A stretch of DNA of 64,000 nt, from assembly GCA_963826785.1 (NCBI GenBank), contig CAWGYD010000008.1, positions 1 to 64,000 on the forward strand. Direction: 5' to 3'. The translations under genes and the position numbers were made by a program. The DNA comes from an uncultured delta proteobacterium (GTDB lineage: Bacteria; Desulfobacterota; Desulfobacteria; Desulfobacterales; Desulfosalsimonadaceae). The notes beneath the pieces are model-generated. The model had not been told where the DNA came from, ran no database searches, and saw nothing but the letters and a program-made list of their open reading frames with translations. Below, piece by piece: positions 11,674 through 23,488 of this stretch (the first letter of the stretch is position 1; every line of letters begins with the position of its first letter).

Positions 11674-13259
11674 CTAAATGCTTAAGGTTTTGACCCGCAG
11701 GTTAATGTAGATATAATCAAACAGCATCCGGGAGAAAATCAGTGCGGTAAACATGCTGGCCAGAACCCCCAGACTCAGTGTCACGGCAAATCCCTTGACC
11801 GGCCCGGTGCCGAACTGGAACAGGACCACGGCGGCAATCAGGGTGGTGACATTGGCATCCAGAATCGTGAGCGTGCTCCGCTCGAATCCCGCGGCAATCG
11901 ATGCGACGGCGGTCTTGCCCAGGCGCATCTCCTCCCTGATCCGTTCGTATATGATCACATTGGCATCCACGGCCATACCGATGGTCAGGATGATGCCGGC
12001 TATACCGGGAAGGGTCAGGGTGGCCCCGAACGCGGCCAGGCCGCCGGCGATCAGAACGATATTCAAGATCAGCGCGATATCGGCAATCCCGCCCGATCCC
12101 TTGTAATAGACCAGCATGAAAAACACCACCAGTGCAAAACCGATGGCCATGGAAATCAGGCCCTTGCGGATGGAATCATGCCCCAGGGAGGGTCCCACGC
12201 TCCGTTCTTCGATCACCTGGACCGGTGCCGGCAGAGCGCCCGCCCGGAGCACGATGGCCAGATCGCTGGCTTCCTGGGAGGTAAAGTTGCCGGTAATCCG
12301 GGCCCTGCCGCCGGGAATCTTCTCCTGAATCACCGGCGCGGAATAGACCTTGTTGTCCAGCACAATGGCGAGCCGCTTTTTCACGTTTTCTTCGGTGACC
12401 CGCTCGAATATCCGGGCCCCTTTTTTATCGAAATCAATGGACACATAGGGTTCATTGAACTGCGGATCGAATTCTACCCGGGCGTCCGTCAGGTAAGCGC
12501 CGGTCAGCAGGGTCTGCTTGCGGACCAGGTACGGCTGCCCCTTGTCGGCTGCAGTTGCCATGGGATCGTTTGAGGCCTGGTAGAGGACTTCGCTTCCGGG
12601 CGGCACATCACCCTTCAGGGCCGCGCCCAGGTCATGGGACTCATCCAGCAGCTTGAATTCCAGCAGCGCGGTCTTTCCGATCAGCTTTTTGGCCCGCTCC
12701 GGATCCTGGAGTCCCGGGAGCTGCACCTGAATCCGGCGCTCGCCCTGGAGGCGGATATCCGGCTCGCTCACGCCGAACTGGTCTATCCGGTTGCGGATCG
12801 TCTCAAGGGCCTGCTCGGTGGCCTGCTTTTTAATTTCATTGACCCATTGCGCAGTCATGCCCACTTTGACATCCAGCCCTTTTTCCGTATTTACCGGTGT
12901 CCCGACGATTTCGAGTCCGGAGTAATACTTTTCCAGAACGGACTTGACGTTTTCCAGATCCGCCGCATCCGTGAGCTGGATGGTCAAGTGCGGTTTTTCC
13001 GGCGTATTCGATGCCACTATGCCGGATCTTTTCATCCCGGAAATAGGTCCGAAGTTCATTTCGGACCCTGCTCGAGGGTTCCTTCCACCGCTTTTTCCGT
13101 TTTGACCTCCAGCACCAGATGCATCCCCCCCTGAAGGTCCAACCCCAGATTGATCTGCTTGTGGGGCCACCAGCCGGGTTTGAAGGTGGGGACGATGTAA
13201 ATGAGGGCAATGATAAAAACGATGCCGACTACCGGAAGGCGCCAGGTAATATTTTTCAA
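11674..13259 (-). CDS. secD: Protein translocase subunit SecD (two frameshifts near 13000-13080)
   Basis: LGLDLQGG in ORF 13056..13259; RIDQFGVSEP, LRAGALPAP and GMAVDANVIIYERIREE in ORF 11674..13170. Confidence 0.94.
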
Positions 13260-13475
13260 TTCATTTTACCTTTCATGTGGATATTGGCATTTTGAACATC
13301 TGACGATGCGTTCGAAAATGGCTGCGCAGATTTTTACCACTCCTGATTTTAAAATCAAGTTTTCTTTATTCCATTCTGCTTCAACATGATACCCAGGCGG
13401 CAAGGTGCAGGCGTAACAATGCGAAGGGTTGTATCCTGGAAACCGGCGAAGGCAGTCGCTGAATGCCAAATGGAA

Positions 13476-13811
13476 TCAGTCGCTTTTTTTGGATGCCCGC
13501 CCGGATTCCGGGCTGAGCCCCGCAATGGAGCTGCGGGTGACTTTGATGCGGACCTTGTCGGCCACTTCCACACTCGCTGTACTTTCGTCAAGAGAGACGA
13601 TCTGGCCGTAAATGCCGCCGCTGGTAATGATCCGGTCGCCCTTTTTAAGGCTCGAGATCATCTCCTGGTGGGTTTTGGCCTTTTTCTGCTGGGGCCGGAT
13701 CAACAGAAAATAGAAGATCACAAACATCAGGATGATGGGAATAAAAGCGCCCAGGCCACCCCCCTGCGCCCCCTGTGCGCCCTGCCCCATTGCATATGCC
13801 ACGTTCATCAC
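13476..13811 (-). CDS. yajC: Preprotein translocase subunit YajC
   Basis: FYFLLIRPQQKK, LKKGDRIITSGGIYG; upstream of secD. Confidence 0.96.
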   Translation of the reverse strand: MMNVAYAMGQGAQGAQGGGLGAFIPIILMFVIFYFLLIRPQQKKAKTHQEMISSLKKGDRIITSGGIYGQIVSLDESTASVEVADKVRIKVTRSSIAGLSPESGRASKKSD

Positions 13812-13890
13812 GGTAACCTCCTTATATAAATGAATAAATAAATATATAAATCAGATAATTCAGATAATATTGAAATTAAGAGTAAAGCCC

Positions 13891-14225
13891 GACACCCCCC
13901 TGCGCCCCCCTCAAGGGGGGAATTGGACGGTGGTGGACGTGTAAGTAAACGAGCTTACTCGTATTCAAATATATTTCACGACCCTTCAATTACTTCCCCC
14001 TGCCGCGCCCCCCTCAAGGGGGGAATTGGAGGGTGGTAGAGTTAGTATTTGATCTTACTCGTATCCAAACATATTGCACCGAATCCCCTAATTGCTTCCC
14101 CCTGTGCCCCCGCAAGGGGGGATTTGGAGAGTGGCGGACGTAAAGTATTCGGTCTTACTCGATTCAAAACATATTCACCAAAGCCCCTAATTAATTCCCC
14201 CCTTGAGGGGGGGCAGGGGGGGTGT
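13891..14225. repeat. Hairpin repeat cluster with three ~100-bp degenerate tandem units
   Basis: ccccctcaaggggggaattgga.ggtgg...cttactcg.att/tccaaa repeated three times and closed by an inverted copy at ~14193-14225. Confidence 0.8.
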
Positions 14226-14381
14226 TCGGCCCAGCAAAAAGTTTCACATGTGCAATCAACAAATCAGCACATCAAACATCAAACAACATCAAACCATTTT
14301 CTCTTCAGTTTCTCTGTTCTGGTAATGGTATACCTGCATACGTAAAAAAAATGCCGGGGTCAACAGTTGTTGAAAACGATA

Positions 14382-15842
14382 TCATTCCCACGCGATGCGG
14401 CTGTCCCCGGGGACCATCTGCGGGTCCGCCTCTATGGTGACCGTGATGTTGCGGCGGGTTTCGATGTCCAGGATTTCCCTTTTCTTGCGGTTGAGCAGGA
14501 AGACGGCCACATCCTTGGGCACATACCCGTGGACATTGGTGACCCCGTCTTTCAAGGTTTCCAACCGCAGCCGCCGCAAAAAGCCCAGCCCTAATGACTC
14601 CACCGACTGGGTGGCCCCTTTTCCCTGGCAGTATCGGCAGGTCTCGAAGCTGATCGACCGGATGGAGGGCCGTATCCGCTGGCGCGACATTTCCATCAGG
14701 CCGAAAGTGGACAGGCGGCCGACCTTTGTACGGGCCTTGTCCACCTTCAAGTGCTCCTTGATTTCCCGCTCGACCTTGAGTTTGTTCTTCCGGTCCCGCA
14801 TGTCGATAAAATCGATGACGATCAGGCCGCCGAAGTCCCGCAGCCGGAGCTGCCGGGCGATTTCCTCGGCCGCCTCCAGGTTGGTCTGAAGGGCCGTGGC
14901 CTCCACAGAATCCTTCTGGGTGGCTTTCCCGGAATTCACGTCGATGGAAACCAGTGCTTCGGTCTGCTCGATGACGATGGATCCGCCTGACTTGAGTTTG
15001 ACCCGGTTTTCAAAAATGGAGGCGATCTTGTCCTCCAGCTGGTTTTTAGTGAAAATCGGCTTGTCCGCGGTATACCGCTTGACCACCCGGACATGCTCGG
15101 GGGAAATCATCCGGATGAGTTCCCGGATGTCGTTGTATACGGTTTCATCGTCGATCAGGATTTCATTGATGTCGGCGGTAAAATAGTCTCTCATGATACG
15201 CTGGGCAAACGTCCGATCCTTGTACAGCAAGGCGGGTGCCTTTTCCGCCAGCGCACTTTTCTTGATATTCTTCCACATCCGCATCAGATAGCTGTAGTCT
15301 TTGGTCATGGTGGTCTTGGTGCATTCCTGGCCGGCGGTTCGCACAATGATTCCGAAATCTTCGGGGATCTTGAGCTTGCCCAGAATCTCCTTCAACCGCT
15401 TGCGCTCCGCTTCGTCTTCGATCTTTCTTGACACCCCGCGGGTTTTGCTGCCGGGCATCAGGACCGTATGGCGGCCGGGCAGCGAAATGAACGTGGTGAG
15501 CATGGCCCCTTTTTCCATGATGGGTTCATGCACCACCTGCACCATCAGCTCCTGGCCGTGCTTGACGATATTGCGCAGGGACTGCCCGCCGGAAGGATCA
15601 TCGAGAAAGTAGTCGGGATGTATTTCCTGCTTCTGCAGAAATCCGTGTTTCTCGGCGCCGTAATCCACAAATACCGCCTGCAGGCTGGGCTCCACCCGTG
15701 CGACGATCGCCTTGTAGATATTTCCCTGAGTGACTTCCCGGGCAGTGGTTTCGATATGGAACTCTTCCAGCCGGTTGTCCGTGACTTTTGCGATTCGGCA
15801 TTCATCCGGGTCCACCGCATTGATTAAAATTTTACTGCCCAT
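14382..15842 (-). CDS. Rne/Rng family ribonuclease
   Basis: S1 domain GNIYKAIVARVEPSLQAVFVDYG, SIDVNSGK, RQLRLRDFGGLIVIDFIDM; 486 aa, RNase G-sized. Confidence 0.93.
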   Translation of the reverse strand: MGSKILINAVDPDECRIAKVTDNRLEEFHIETTAREVTQGNIYKAIVARVEPSLQAVFVDYGAEKHGFLQKQEIHPDYFLDDPSGGQSLRNIVKHGQELMVQVVHEPIMEKGAMLTTFISLPGRHTVLMPGSKTRGVSRKIEDEAERKRLKEILGKLKIPEDFGIIVRTAGQECTKTTMTKDYSYLMRMWKNIKKSALAEKAPALLYKDRTFAQRIMRDYFTADINEILIDDETVYNDIRELIRMISPEHVRVVKRYTADKPIFTKNQLEDKIASIFENRVKLKSGGSIVIEQTEALVSIDVNSGKATQKDSVEATALQTNLEAAEEIARQLRLRDFGGLIVIDFIDMRDRKNKLKVEREIKEHLKVDKARTKVGRLSTFGLMEMSRQRIRPSIRSISFETCRYCQGKGATQSVESLGLGFLRRLRLETLKDGVTNVHGYVPKDVAVFLLNRKKREILDIETRRNITVTIEADPQMVPGDSRIAWE

Positions 15843-15903
15843 AATCTTCTAAACCTTCGATATGCAGTGCCTGACGGCACTAGTTAAAAATTGAATCAGA
15901 TTT

Positions 15904-16035
15904 GATGCAGTCGTAAAAAGTCGGATTTCTCTCTTTTGTCATTCCGGCGAAGTCCTGAATCTATCATAAGCTAAGATAGATATGGACTTCGGTTTTCACC
16001 GGGGTGACGAATTTTGGACTTTTTACGAATGCATC
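15904..16035. mobile_element. 132-bp MITE carrying a REP doublet, with a perfect 6-bp TSD (AGATTT)
   Basis: TIRs GATGCAGTCGTAAAAAGTC / GACTTTTTACGAATGCATC; AGATTT at 15898-15903 and 16036-16041. Confidence 0.85.
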
Positions 16036-16073
16036 AGATTTGCATGTGGCAAAAATTAAGAATATGATGTTTC

Positions 16074-16262
16074 GATGCAGCCGTACAAAAGTATTTTTTT
16101 CTCGCCAAGCCGCCAAAGGTCGTATTTTAGACAAGCCGGCGGTCCGACACCCCCCAAGCCCCCCTCAAGGGGGGAATGAAAAGGAGGCCATCGGCAGCCT
16201 AATCGTTTCTTTACTGCAAGAACACCGCACCGGGCGAATATAATGCTTTTTACGAGACCATC
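16074..16262. mobile_element. Degenerate MITE of the same TIR family enclosing a CCCCCTCAAGGGGGG hairpin
   Basis: GATGCAGCCGTACAAAAGT ... GCTTTTTACGAGACCATC; hairpin repeat at 16146-16177. Confidence 0.55.
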
Positions 16263-16434
16263 GTGTTTTAATGTGTAAATTAAATAAGAGATCGGCGGTT
16301 ACAAGTCAAATAATTTCTGATTTGAGCAGGTTGCAATGTACCCAAAGGCTTGACTTGATATTTATCATATCTTGTGGCATGACACTTACAATCAAATTCC
16401 GGTCTGCACGACAATCATATATTAAGGTACGATA

Positions 16435-19027
16435 ATGGAAAATCGCTATAATCCCCGGGCGATCGAGGCGAAATGGCAGACCGCCTGGGAAAAGAACCGA
16501 CAGTTCAAGGCCGAAGTCGACCCGAACCGCGAAAAGTATTACCTGCTGGAGATGTTTCCCTACCCTTCCGGCAAGATTCACATGGGCCATGTCCGAAACT
16601 ACACCATCGGCGATGTGGTGGCCCGTTATAAACGGATGCGGGGATTCAACGTGCTGCATCCCATGGGATGGGACGCCTTCGGCATGCCCGCCGAAAACGC
16701 CGCCATCGCCAACCGCTCCCATCCGGCGCGCTGGACGTATGACAACATCGACTACATGCGTGCCCAGCTGAAAAAGCTCGGCTTCAGTTATGACTGGGAC
16801 CGGGAAATCGCCACCTGCACCCCGGAGTACTACCGATGGGAACAATGGCTGTTTGTCCGGATGTACAAAAAGCAAATGATCCAGCGCAGGGAATCCTACG
16901 TCAACTGGTGCGAGAGCTGCCATACGGTTCTGGCCAATGAACAGGTGGAAGCCGGGGCATGCTGGCGCTGCGGTGAACAGGTAAAACAGAAAAAGCTGTT
17001 CCAGTGGTTTTTCAAGATCACCGATTACGCACAGGACCTGCTGGACTGGTGCGACAAACTGCCCGGGTGGCCGGAAAAGGTCACCACCATGCAGAAAAAC
17101 TGGATCGGTAAAAGCACGGGGGCGGAAATCCGGTTTCCCATCGAAAATTCCGACCAGGAGATACCGGTATTTACCACCCGTCCGGACACGCTGTTTGGCG
17201 CCACTTTCATGTGCCTGGCGCCCGAGCACCCCCTGGTGGCCGAACTGTCCCGGGGGACCGCCCAGGAAGACGCGGTAAAGGCATTTGTCGAGCGCATCAC
17301 CATTGAAAACCGCTCCGCGCGGATGCTGGACAACTATGAAAAGGAAGGGGTGTTTACCGGGGCATACTGCATCAACCCTGCAAACGGGCGGCGGATGCCG
17401 GTCTACACCGCCAATTTTGCGCTGATGGAATACGGCACCGGCGCGGTCATGTCGGTACCCGCCCACGACCAGCGCGATTTTGATTTCGCCAGAAAATACG
17501 GTCTGGAAATCGTGGTGGTGATCAAGCCCGAAGACGCGAATCCCGAAGACGTGGCCGTGTCCGAGGCCTACACCGGAGACGGCATCCTGATCCATTCCGA
17601 ATCCTTTAACGGCACGGACAACCGCACCGCCCAGAAGGAGATCACCGACTGGCTGGAAAGACAGGGACTGGGGAAGACACGAAGTCAGTTTCCGGCTGCG
17701 GGACTGGGGCATTTCCCGCCAGCGTTACTGGGGCGCTCCCGTTCCCATGCTCCATTGCGAAAAATGCGGCATCGTGCCGGTACCGGAAGAAGACCTGCCG
17801 GTGGTGCTGCCCGAAGACGTGGACCTGCTGGAAGGCGGCGGCTCACCGCTGGCTTCCCTGGAATCGTTTGTCAACACCGTCTGCCCGGAATGCGGCGGCG
17901 CTGCCCGCCGGGAAACCGACACCATGGATACCTTCGTGGAATCCTCCTGGTATTTTGACCGGTACTGCAGCCCCCATTTCGATCAGGGCATGTTCGAAAA
18001 GAAGGCGGTGGACTACTGGATGCCGGTGGACCAGTATATCGGCGGTGTGGAACATGCGGTGCTCCACCTCCTGTATTCCCGGTACTTCACCCGGGTCCTG
18101 AACGACATGGGGCTGATCAAATCCCGGGAGCCCTTCACCCGCCTGCTGACCCAGGGAATGGTGTGCAAGGAAACCCTTTACTGCCCGGAGCACGGTTTTC
18201 TGTTTCCGGAGGAAGCCGTCGTGGAAACGGATAAACCCACCTGCACCAAGTGCGGCCGCGACATCGTCATCGGCCGGGTGGAGAAGATGTCTAAATCCAA
18301 AAAGAATGTGATCGACCCCAACACGCTGCTGGAAAAATACGGGGCCGACACGGTGCGGCTCTTCTGCCTGTTTGCCGCCCCCCCGGAACGGGATCTGGAA
18401 TGGAGCGAGCAGGGGGTGGAGGGGAGTTTCCGGTTCCTGAACCGGGTCTGGCGCCTGGTGCATGACTGGCAGCAAAAGATTTCCGGGGTGCGCCCGTTTG
18501 ACGGCGCCATCGGGGATCTCGATGCGGATATTGCCGCGCTCTTTTCTAAAACACATCAGACCATCGCCAAGGTCACCGGCGACATCGAGGAACGGTTTCA
18601 TTTCAACACCGCCATCAGCGCGATCATGGAACTGGTCAATGCCATGTACGGCATGGACATCGGGCATGCGGACGACAATGCCGGAAAGGTCATGCGGTTT
18701 GCCATCGAATCGACCATTCGGCTGCTTTCGCCCGTGGTGCCCCACTTTGCGGAAGAACTTCACGAGATGCTGATGCCGGACGGGCAGACCGTTTCCACCG
18801 CCGCATGGCCCGCCTACCGCGAAGACGCCCTGGTATCCGACACGCAGCTGATCGTCATCCAGGTCAACGGCAAACTCCGGGGACGATTCGAAATCGCGGC
18901 CGACGCCGATGATGAAGCCCTGAAAACCCATGCCCTGGCGGATGAAAACGTTTTGCGGTTTATCGGGGACCGGCCGATTCGGAAGGTGATCGTGGTGAAG
19001 AACAAACTGGTCAATATCGTGATTTGA
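16435..19027 (+). CDS. leuS: Leucine--tRNA ligase (frameshift near 17680)
   Basis: [43 protein letters not shown]. Confidence 0.97.
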
Positions 19028-20162
19028 TGGACAGAAGATCGTATCAATCCAGACGGGACACCCCCCAAGCCCCCCTCAAGGGGGGAATACCCCCCATGTC
19101 CCCCCAAGCCTCCCTCAAGGGGGGATTCCCCCCACCAGGCTTGATTCCCCCCTTGAGGGGGGACAAAGGGGGGTGTAGCGGCTTTTCGGATCTGGATGCA
19201 TCTGGTCGCAAGGGAGGACACCCCCCAAGCCCCCCTCAAGGGGGGATTTCCCCCCATGTCCCCCCAAGCCCCCCTCAAGGGGGGAATTGGTTTGGGGGCA
19301 GGAAGGCACAATCCCACTCTCCCATCGAGGGCGACACCCCCCAAGCCCCCCTCAAGGGGGGATTACCCCCCATGTCCCCCCAAGCCCCCCTCAAGGGGGG
19401 ATTTCCCCCTTGTCCCCCCAAGCCTTCCTCAAGGGGGCACGGTTTGATTCCCCCCTTGAGGGGGGACGAAGGGGGGTGTAGCGGCTTTTCGGATCTGGAT
19501 GCATCTGGTCGCAGGGGGGACACCCCCAAGCCCCCCTCAAGGGGGGATTTCCCCCCATGTCCCCCCAAGCCCCCCTCAAGGGGGGAATTATCGTGGGGGA
19601 ATCTGCTTACCGGCAGAATCTTGCGATTTCATTCCCCCCTTGAGGGGGGATTAAGGGGGGTGTCCGGGCTCGGCTGCATCACCCTGCTGGCATGCCTTTT
19701 CCTGGCCGCCTGCGGATATCATTTTTCCGGGGGAGGTCAGCTGCCGGGGGATATTAGCACCATCAGTGTCGAGGTCTTTGAAAACCGGACGATTGAAACC
19801 GGCCTCGAGCGCGTGTCGCCAACGACCTGGTCAATGAATTCACGCGCTTTGAAAGCATCGAGGTGGTGGCCCCGGAAAAGGCCGGCGCCGTGTTGACGGG
19901 AATTATCAAATCGGTGAGCAGCCGCACGGTTTCCCACCGGACCCCGTATAACCCGGCAGCGCGCCGGATCCGGGTGGTCATGGATGTGGCGATGTCCGCC
20001 GGCGGCAAAACCGTGTGGAGCGCCCGGGGAATATCCGAAGAAGAAGATTATGATGTGTCTGCGGACAAACTGCAGACAGAGGAAAATAAAAAATCCGCTT
20101 TGAAAATCCTGTCAAAACGGATCGCAGAGCGGATTTACTATAATCTTACATCAAATTTCTGA
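19027..20162 (+). CDS. lptE: LPS assembly lipoprotein LptE; N-terminus interrupted in frame by a repeat array (alternative start GTG 19660); frameshift near 19815
   Basis: LLACLFLAA-CGYHF lipobox, FENRTIETGLE, C-terminal E..AL..LS.RIAERIY; follows leuS with a TGATG overlap. Confidence 0.75.
19056..19665. repeat. ~610-bp array of CCCCCCT-NN-AGGGGGG hairpins bounded by inverted GGACACCCCCC / GGGGGGTGTCC
   Basis: About a dozen cccc(c)tcaaggggg / ccccttgagggggg units; an internal module is duplicated at 19141 and 19444 and recurs at 23288. Confidence 0.9.
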
Positions 20163-20232
20163 TAGGCGGGGATGGAGAGGCAGATCGGCTGAAGGCAAAA
20201 AGACGGAATGAAAGAGTATCCGCCTTCCGTTA

Positions 20233-20502
20233 TCAGCTGTTAAGCGCGCGGTTTGCCCGCCGGGACAACCGGGAAATTCTCCGGGCCGCTGTTTTTTTGT
20301 GCAAAACCCCTTTTTTTGCGGCTTTATCGATGATGGATTTCGCATTATTCAACTCGGTGGTCAAAGCGGCGGCATCGCCCTCTTTTTCAGCTGCCAGAAC
20401 GATTTTCACAGCGGATTTGACGCGGGTTTTCATCATCCGGTTGCGCATGCGCCGTTTCTGATTCTGAATATTTCGCTTAACTGCGGATCTATGATTTGCC
20501 AA
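20233..20502 (-). CDS. rpsT: 30S ribosomal protein S20
   Basis: MANHRSAVKR...IDKAAKKGVLHKKTAARRISRL. Confidence 0.97.
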   Translation of the reverse strand: MANHRSAVKRNIQNQKRRMRNRMMKTRVKSAVKIVLAAEKEGDAAALTTELNNAKSIIDKAAKKGVLHKKTAARRISRLSRRANRALNS

Positions 20503-20624
20503 TGCTTGTCTCCTTTGCGTATTATGAAAAATGTAAGGGGTTATTACCGGATTGAAAATTCCTTGTCAAGTGATTTCATTACCATCTCCTCTTCACATTG
20601 TAACCACCCGCAAAATACTTACAA

Positions 20625-22185
20625 ATGAATGAGAACCAACGGGTCGCCCGGGCGGCCGGCGTTATCGGGGCGGCCACACTGCTGAGCCGGATCATGGGAT
20701 TCATCCGGGATATGGTGATCGCCTGGTTTTTCGGCGCGGGATGGATCGCCGACGCCTTTTTCGTGGCCTTCCGCATTCCCAACCTGCTCCGGCGGCTGTT
20801 TGCGGAAGGCTCCCTGAGCATCGCCTTTGTGCCGGTTTTTGCCCAGTACCTGACCCGCAATGGGAAAACGGATGCCTTCGAGATGGCGCAATCGGCCATC
20901 CGGCTGCTGTCTTTCATTTTAGTGGCATTCACCCTGGCCGGCGTCCTCCTTGCACCCGGCATCATCCGGATCATCGCCCCGGGGTATACCGGCCCGCAAT
21001 TTGCGCTGACGGTCACCCTGACCCGGATCATGTTTCCCTACGTTTTCTTTGTCTGCCTGGTGGCGCTGTGCATGGGGATACTAAACGTGCTGGGTCATTT
21101 TACCGCCCCGGCCGCCGCCCCCGTTTTTCTAAATCTTTCCATGATCGCAGCAGTGCTGTTCATCGCCCCCCACATGGAAACGCCGGTGGTCGGGCTGGCC
21201 ATCGGGGTCCTGATCGGCGGTGTCGCTTCAACTGGCCCTGCAGATCCCGTTTCTGATCCGGAAAGGATTTTATTTCACCCGAAACGCGCCCCTGGTCCAC
21301 CCGGGGGTGAAAAAAGTGGCCAGACTCATGGGGCCGGCCGTGTTCGGGGCCGCCATCTACCAGATCAACATCTTCGTCATCACCCTTCTGGCCACCCTGC
21401 TTCCCGAAGGAAGCGTCTCCTATCTATATTATGCGGACCGGCTGGTCCAGTTTCCATTGGGGATTTTTGCCATTTCCATATCCGTGGCGGTGCTCCCGAC
21501 CCTTTCCCGCCAGGCGGCCGCAAAAGACGTGCCCGCCCTGTCCGCCACCTTTGCTTATGCCATGCGCATGGTATTTTTCATCACCCTGCCGGCGATGGCC
21601 GGCCTGATCGTCTTGAGCCGGCCCATCGTCGCCCTGCTGTTTCAACGCGGCGCATTCGATCCCCTGAGCGCGACGCTGACGGCAGATGCGCTGGTGTATT
21701 ACGCCCTGGGCCTGTGGGCATTTAGCGCCGTGCGGATCGTGGTATCCACCTTCTATGCCCTGCACGATACGAAAACACCGGTGAAAACCGGCCTGGTCTC
21801 CATTGCGGCCAACATCCTTCTGGCCATGGCCCTGATGGGTCCGATGAAGCACAGCGGACTGGCGCTGGCCACATCGCTCGCCTCCGCCATCAACCTGGCC
21901 CTCCTGTTTCGGATACTGGTGAAAAAACTGGAATCCGGCGCTTTGAAAAAGATGATTGAGTCCATCTTCCGCTCTGTGGTATGTACTGCGGTAATGGGCG
22001 CCTGCCTGTGGTTTGCCATGAGATTTTTCTCCCTGCCGCCGCAGGCATCGGGACTGATGCGCATGGCCCAGGTTTCGGCCGGCATTCTTTTCGGCATTGC
22101 CGCATATCTTCTGGCGGCCATGGCGCTTGGGTGCAGCGAGCCCTATGAAATCATCGGTATGCTGAAAAAGGGGAAGCCCGCGTGA
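20625..22185 (+). CDS. murJ: Lipid II flippase MurJ (frameshift near 21222)
   Basis: TLLSRIMGFIRD, AFRIPNLLRRLFAEG, YYADRLVQFPLG, LLFQRGAF. Confidence 0.95.
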
Positions 22186-22571
22186 TTCTCAAAACAGCCC
22201 ATTTCAATATCGCACTGATACTTGCCGCATGCCTGCTGGCCGCCTATCTGGGCCTCATCATCTTCGGCGACAACGGGGTGGTGGATTTAAACGCCAAAAA
22301 GGAGCGACTGGCGAAAATTACGGCTGAAAACGAAAAACTCGAGGATCAGAATGTGCAGCTGTACCGCAAGATCACCCGGATGAAGGAAGATCCGGTCTAC
22401 ATCGAGGATACGGCCCGGCAGGAATTGAAAATGATCCGCGAAGACGAGATCATCTTTAAATTCAGCGACCGGAAAACCATCCCCCCTGCTCTTCCGAAAA
22501 CGACCACCCCCTCCCAAAACATCACTGAAACCGACCTGGGACCGAATTCGAAAAACACGACATCCCCTTAA
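22182..22571 (+). CDS. ftsB: Septum formation initiator (FtsB/DivIC family)
   Basis: N-terminal TM, FGDNG, coiled coil, IEDTARQELKMIREDEIIF. Confidence 0.8.
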   Translation: MILKTAHFNIALILAACLLAAYLGLIIFGDNGVVDLNAKKERLAKITAENEKLEDQNVQLYRKITRMKEDPVYIEDTARQELKMIREDEIIFKFSDRKTIPPALPKTTTPSQNITETDLGPNSKNTTSP

Positions 22572-22691
22572 ACTTCCCCGCAAACCCAAGAGGTGAATTG
22601 ATATCCGCATACCAATCAGGCCTTTGAGTGGTCATGTTTTTTCGAACGGCTGCCCCCCCTTTGATTCCCTCCTCAAGAGTTATGAGCAAGA

Positions 22692-23100
22692 GACATAAGT
22701 GCTAACTTAACGCACGTATTCCCCCCACAATCTCCTCACCGTCATTCCGGCAGTCTTTTAGCCGGAATCCATCTAAATGATTGCGGGATACAAATCCTCC
22801 CACTCGGGATTCGTTTTCTCAATCAAATGCATTTTCCACTTTCGTTTCCAGCCTTTCAATCGTTTCTCCCGCTGGATAGCAGATTCCATACTTCCATGAA
22901 GCTCATACCAAACCAAAGCATGGACGCCATATCTTTTGGTGAACCCTTCCACAAAGTTGTTTCTATGTTCCCAGACTCGCTTGATGAGATCGGAGGTCAC
23001 ACCGACATAAAGGGTGCCGTTTCTTTTATTAGCAAGAATGTATACCGCTGGTTGCCTGTTCATTTCGTCTTCCTGGATTCCGGCTTAAAAACTGCCGGAT
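22692..23100. mobile_element. GIY-YIG/REP element copy 2 (right outer end not visible)
   Basis: GACATAAGTGCTAACTTAA at 22692; REP GTCATTCCGGCAGTCTTTTAGCCGGAATCC at 22741-22770; inverted REP at 23075-23099. Confidence 0.75.
22773..23063 (-). CDS. GIY-YIG nuclease family protein
   Basis: AVYILAN..GTLYVGVT, KRVWEH, AIQREKRLK.W.R.WK, NPEW. Confidence 0.92.
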   Translation of the reverse strand: MNRQPAVYILANKRNGTLYVGVTSDLIKRVWEHRNNFVEGFTKRYGVHALVWYELHGSMESAIQREKRLKGWKRKWKMHLIEKTNPEWEDLYPAII

Positions 23101-23129
23101 AAAATGACGAATTGATGAGCCGTAAAAAA

Positions 23130-23420
23130 GGTGTAGCGGCTTTTCGGATGGATGCATCGGGTCAAGGGGGAACACCCCCCAAGCCCCCCTCAAGGGGGGA
23201 TTACCCCCCGTGTCCCCCCATGCCTTCCTCAAGGGGGGATTACCCCCCGTGTCCCCTCAAGCCTTCCTCAGGGGGGGGCACCACGGTTTGATTCCCCCCT
23301 TGAGGGGGGACGAAGGGGGGTGTAGCGGCTTTTCGGATCTGGATGCATCGGGTCAAGGGAGGACAACACCCCCCCGGCCCCCCTCAAGGGGGGATTACCC
23401 CCTATGTCCCCTCAAGCCCA
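23130..23420. repeat. Hairpin repeat cluster sharing modules with 19056-19665
   Basis: ggtgtagcggcttttcggatctggatgcatc module plus cccctcaaggggggattacccc units. Confidence 0.85.
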
Positions 23421-23488
23421 CCTTGTATGGATCTGGTTGTGTGCATGGCCAATTAAGCCAAGAGCCAACTAAACTCGTCGCCTCTTAT

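Noticed and set aside
13891..14225. CRISPR-like array
   Set aside because: Units are degenerate tandem copies with related spacers and irregular period.
16435..22185. leuS, lptE and murJ as pseudogenes or programmed frameshifts
   Set aside because: Essential functions with otherwise intact sequence, no consistent slippery motif, and indels are widespread in the window.
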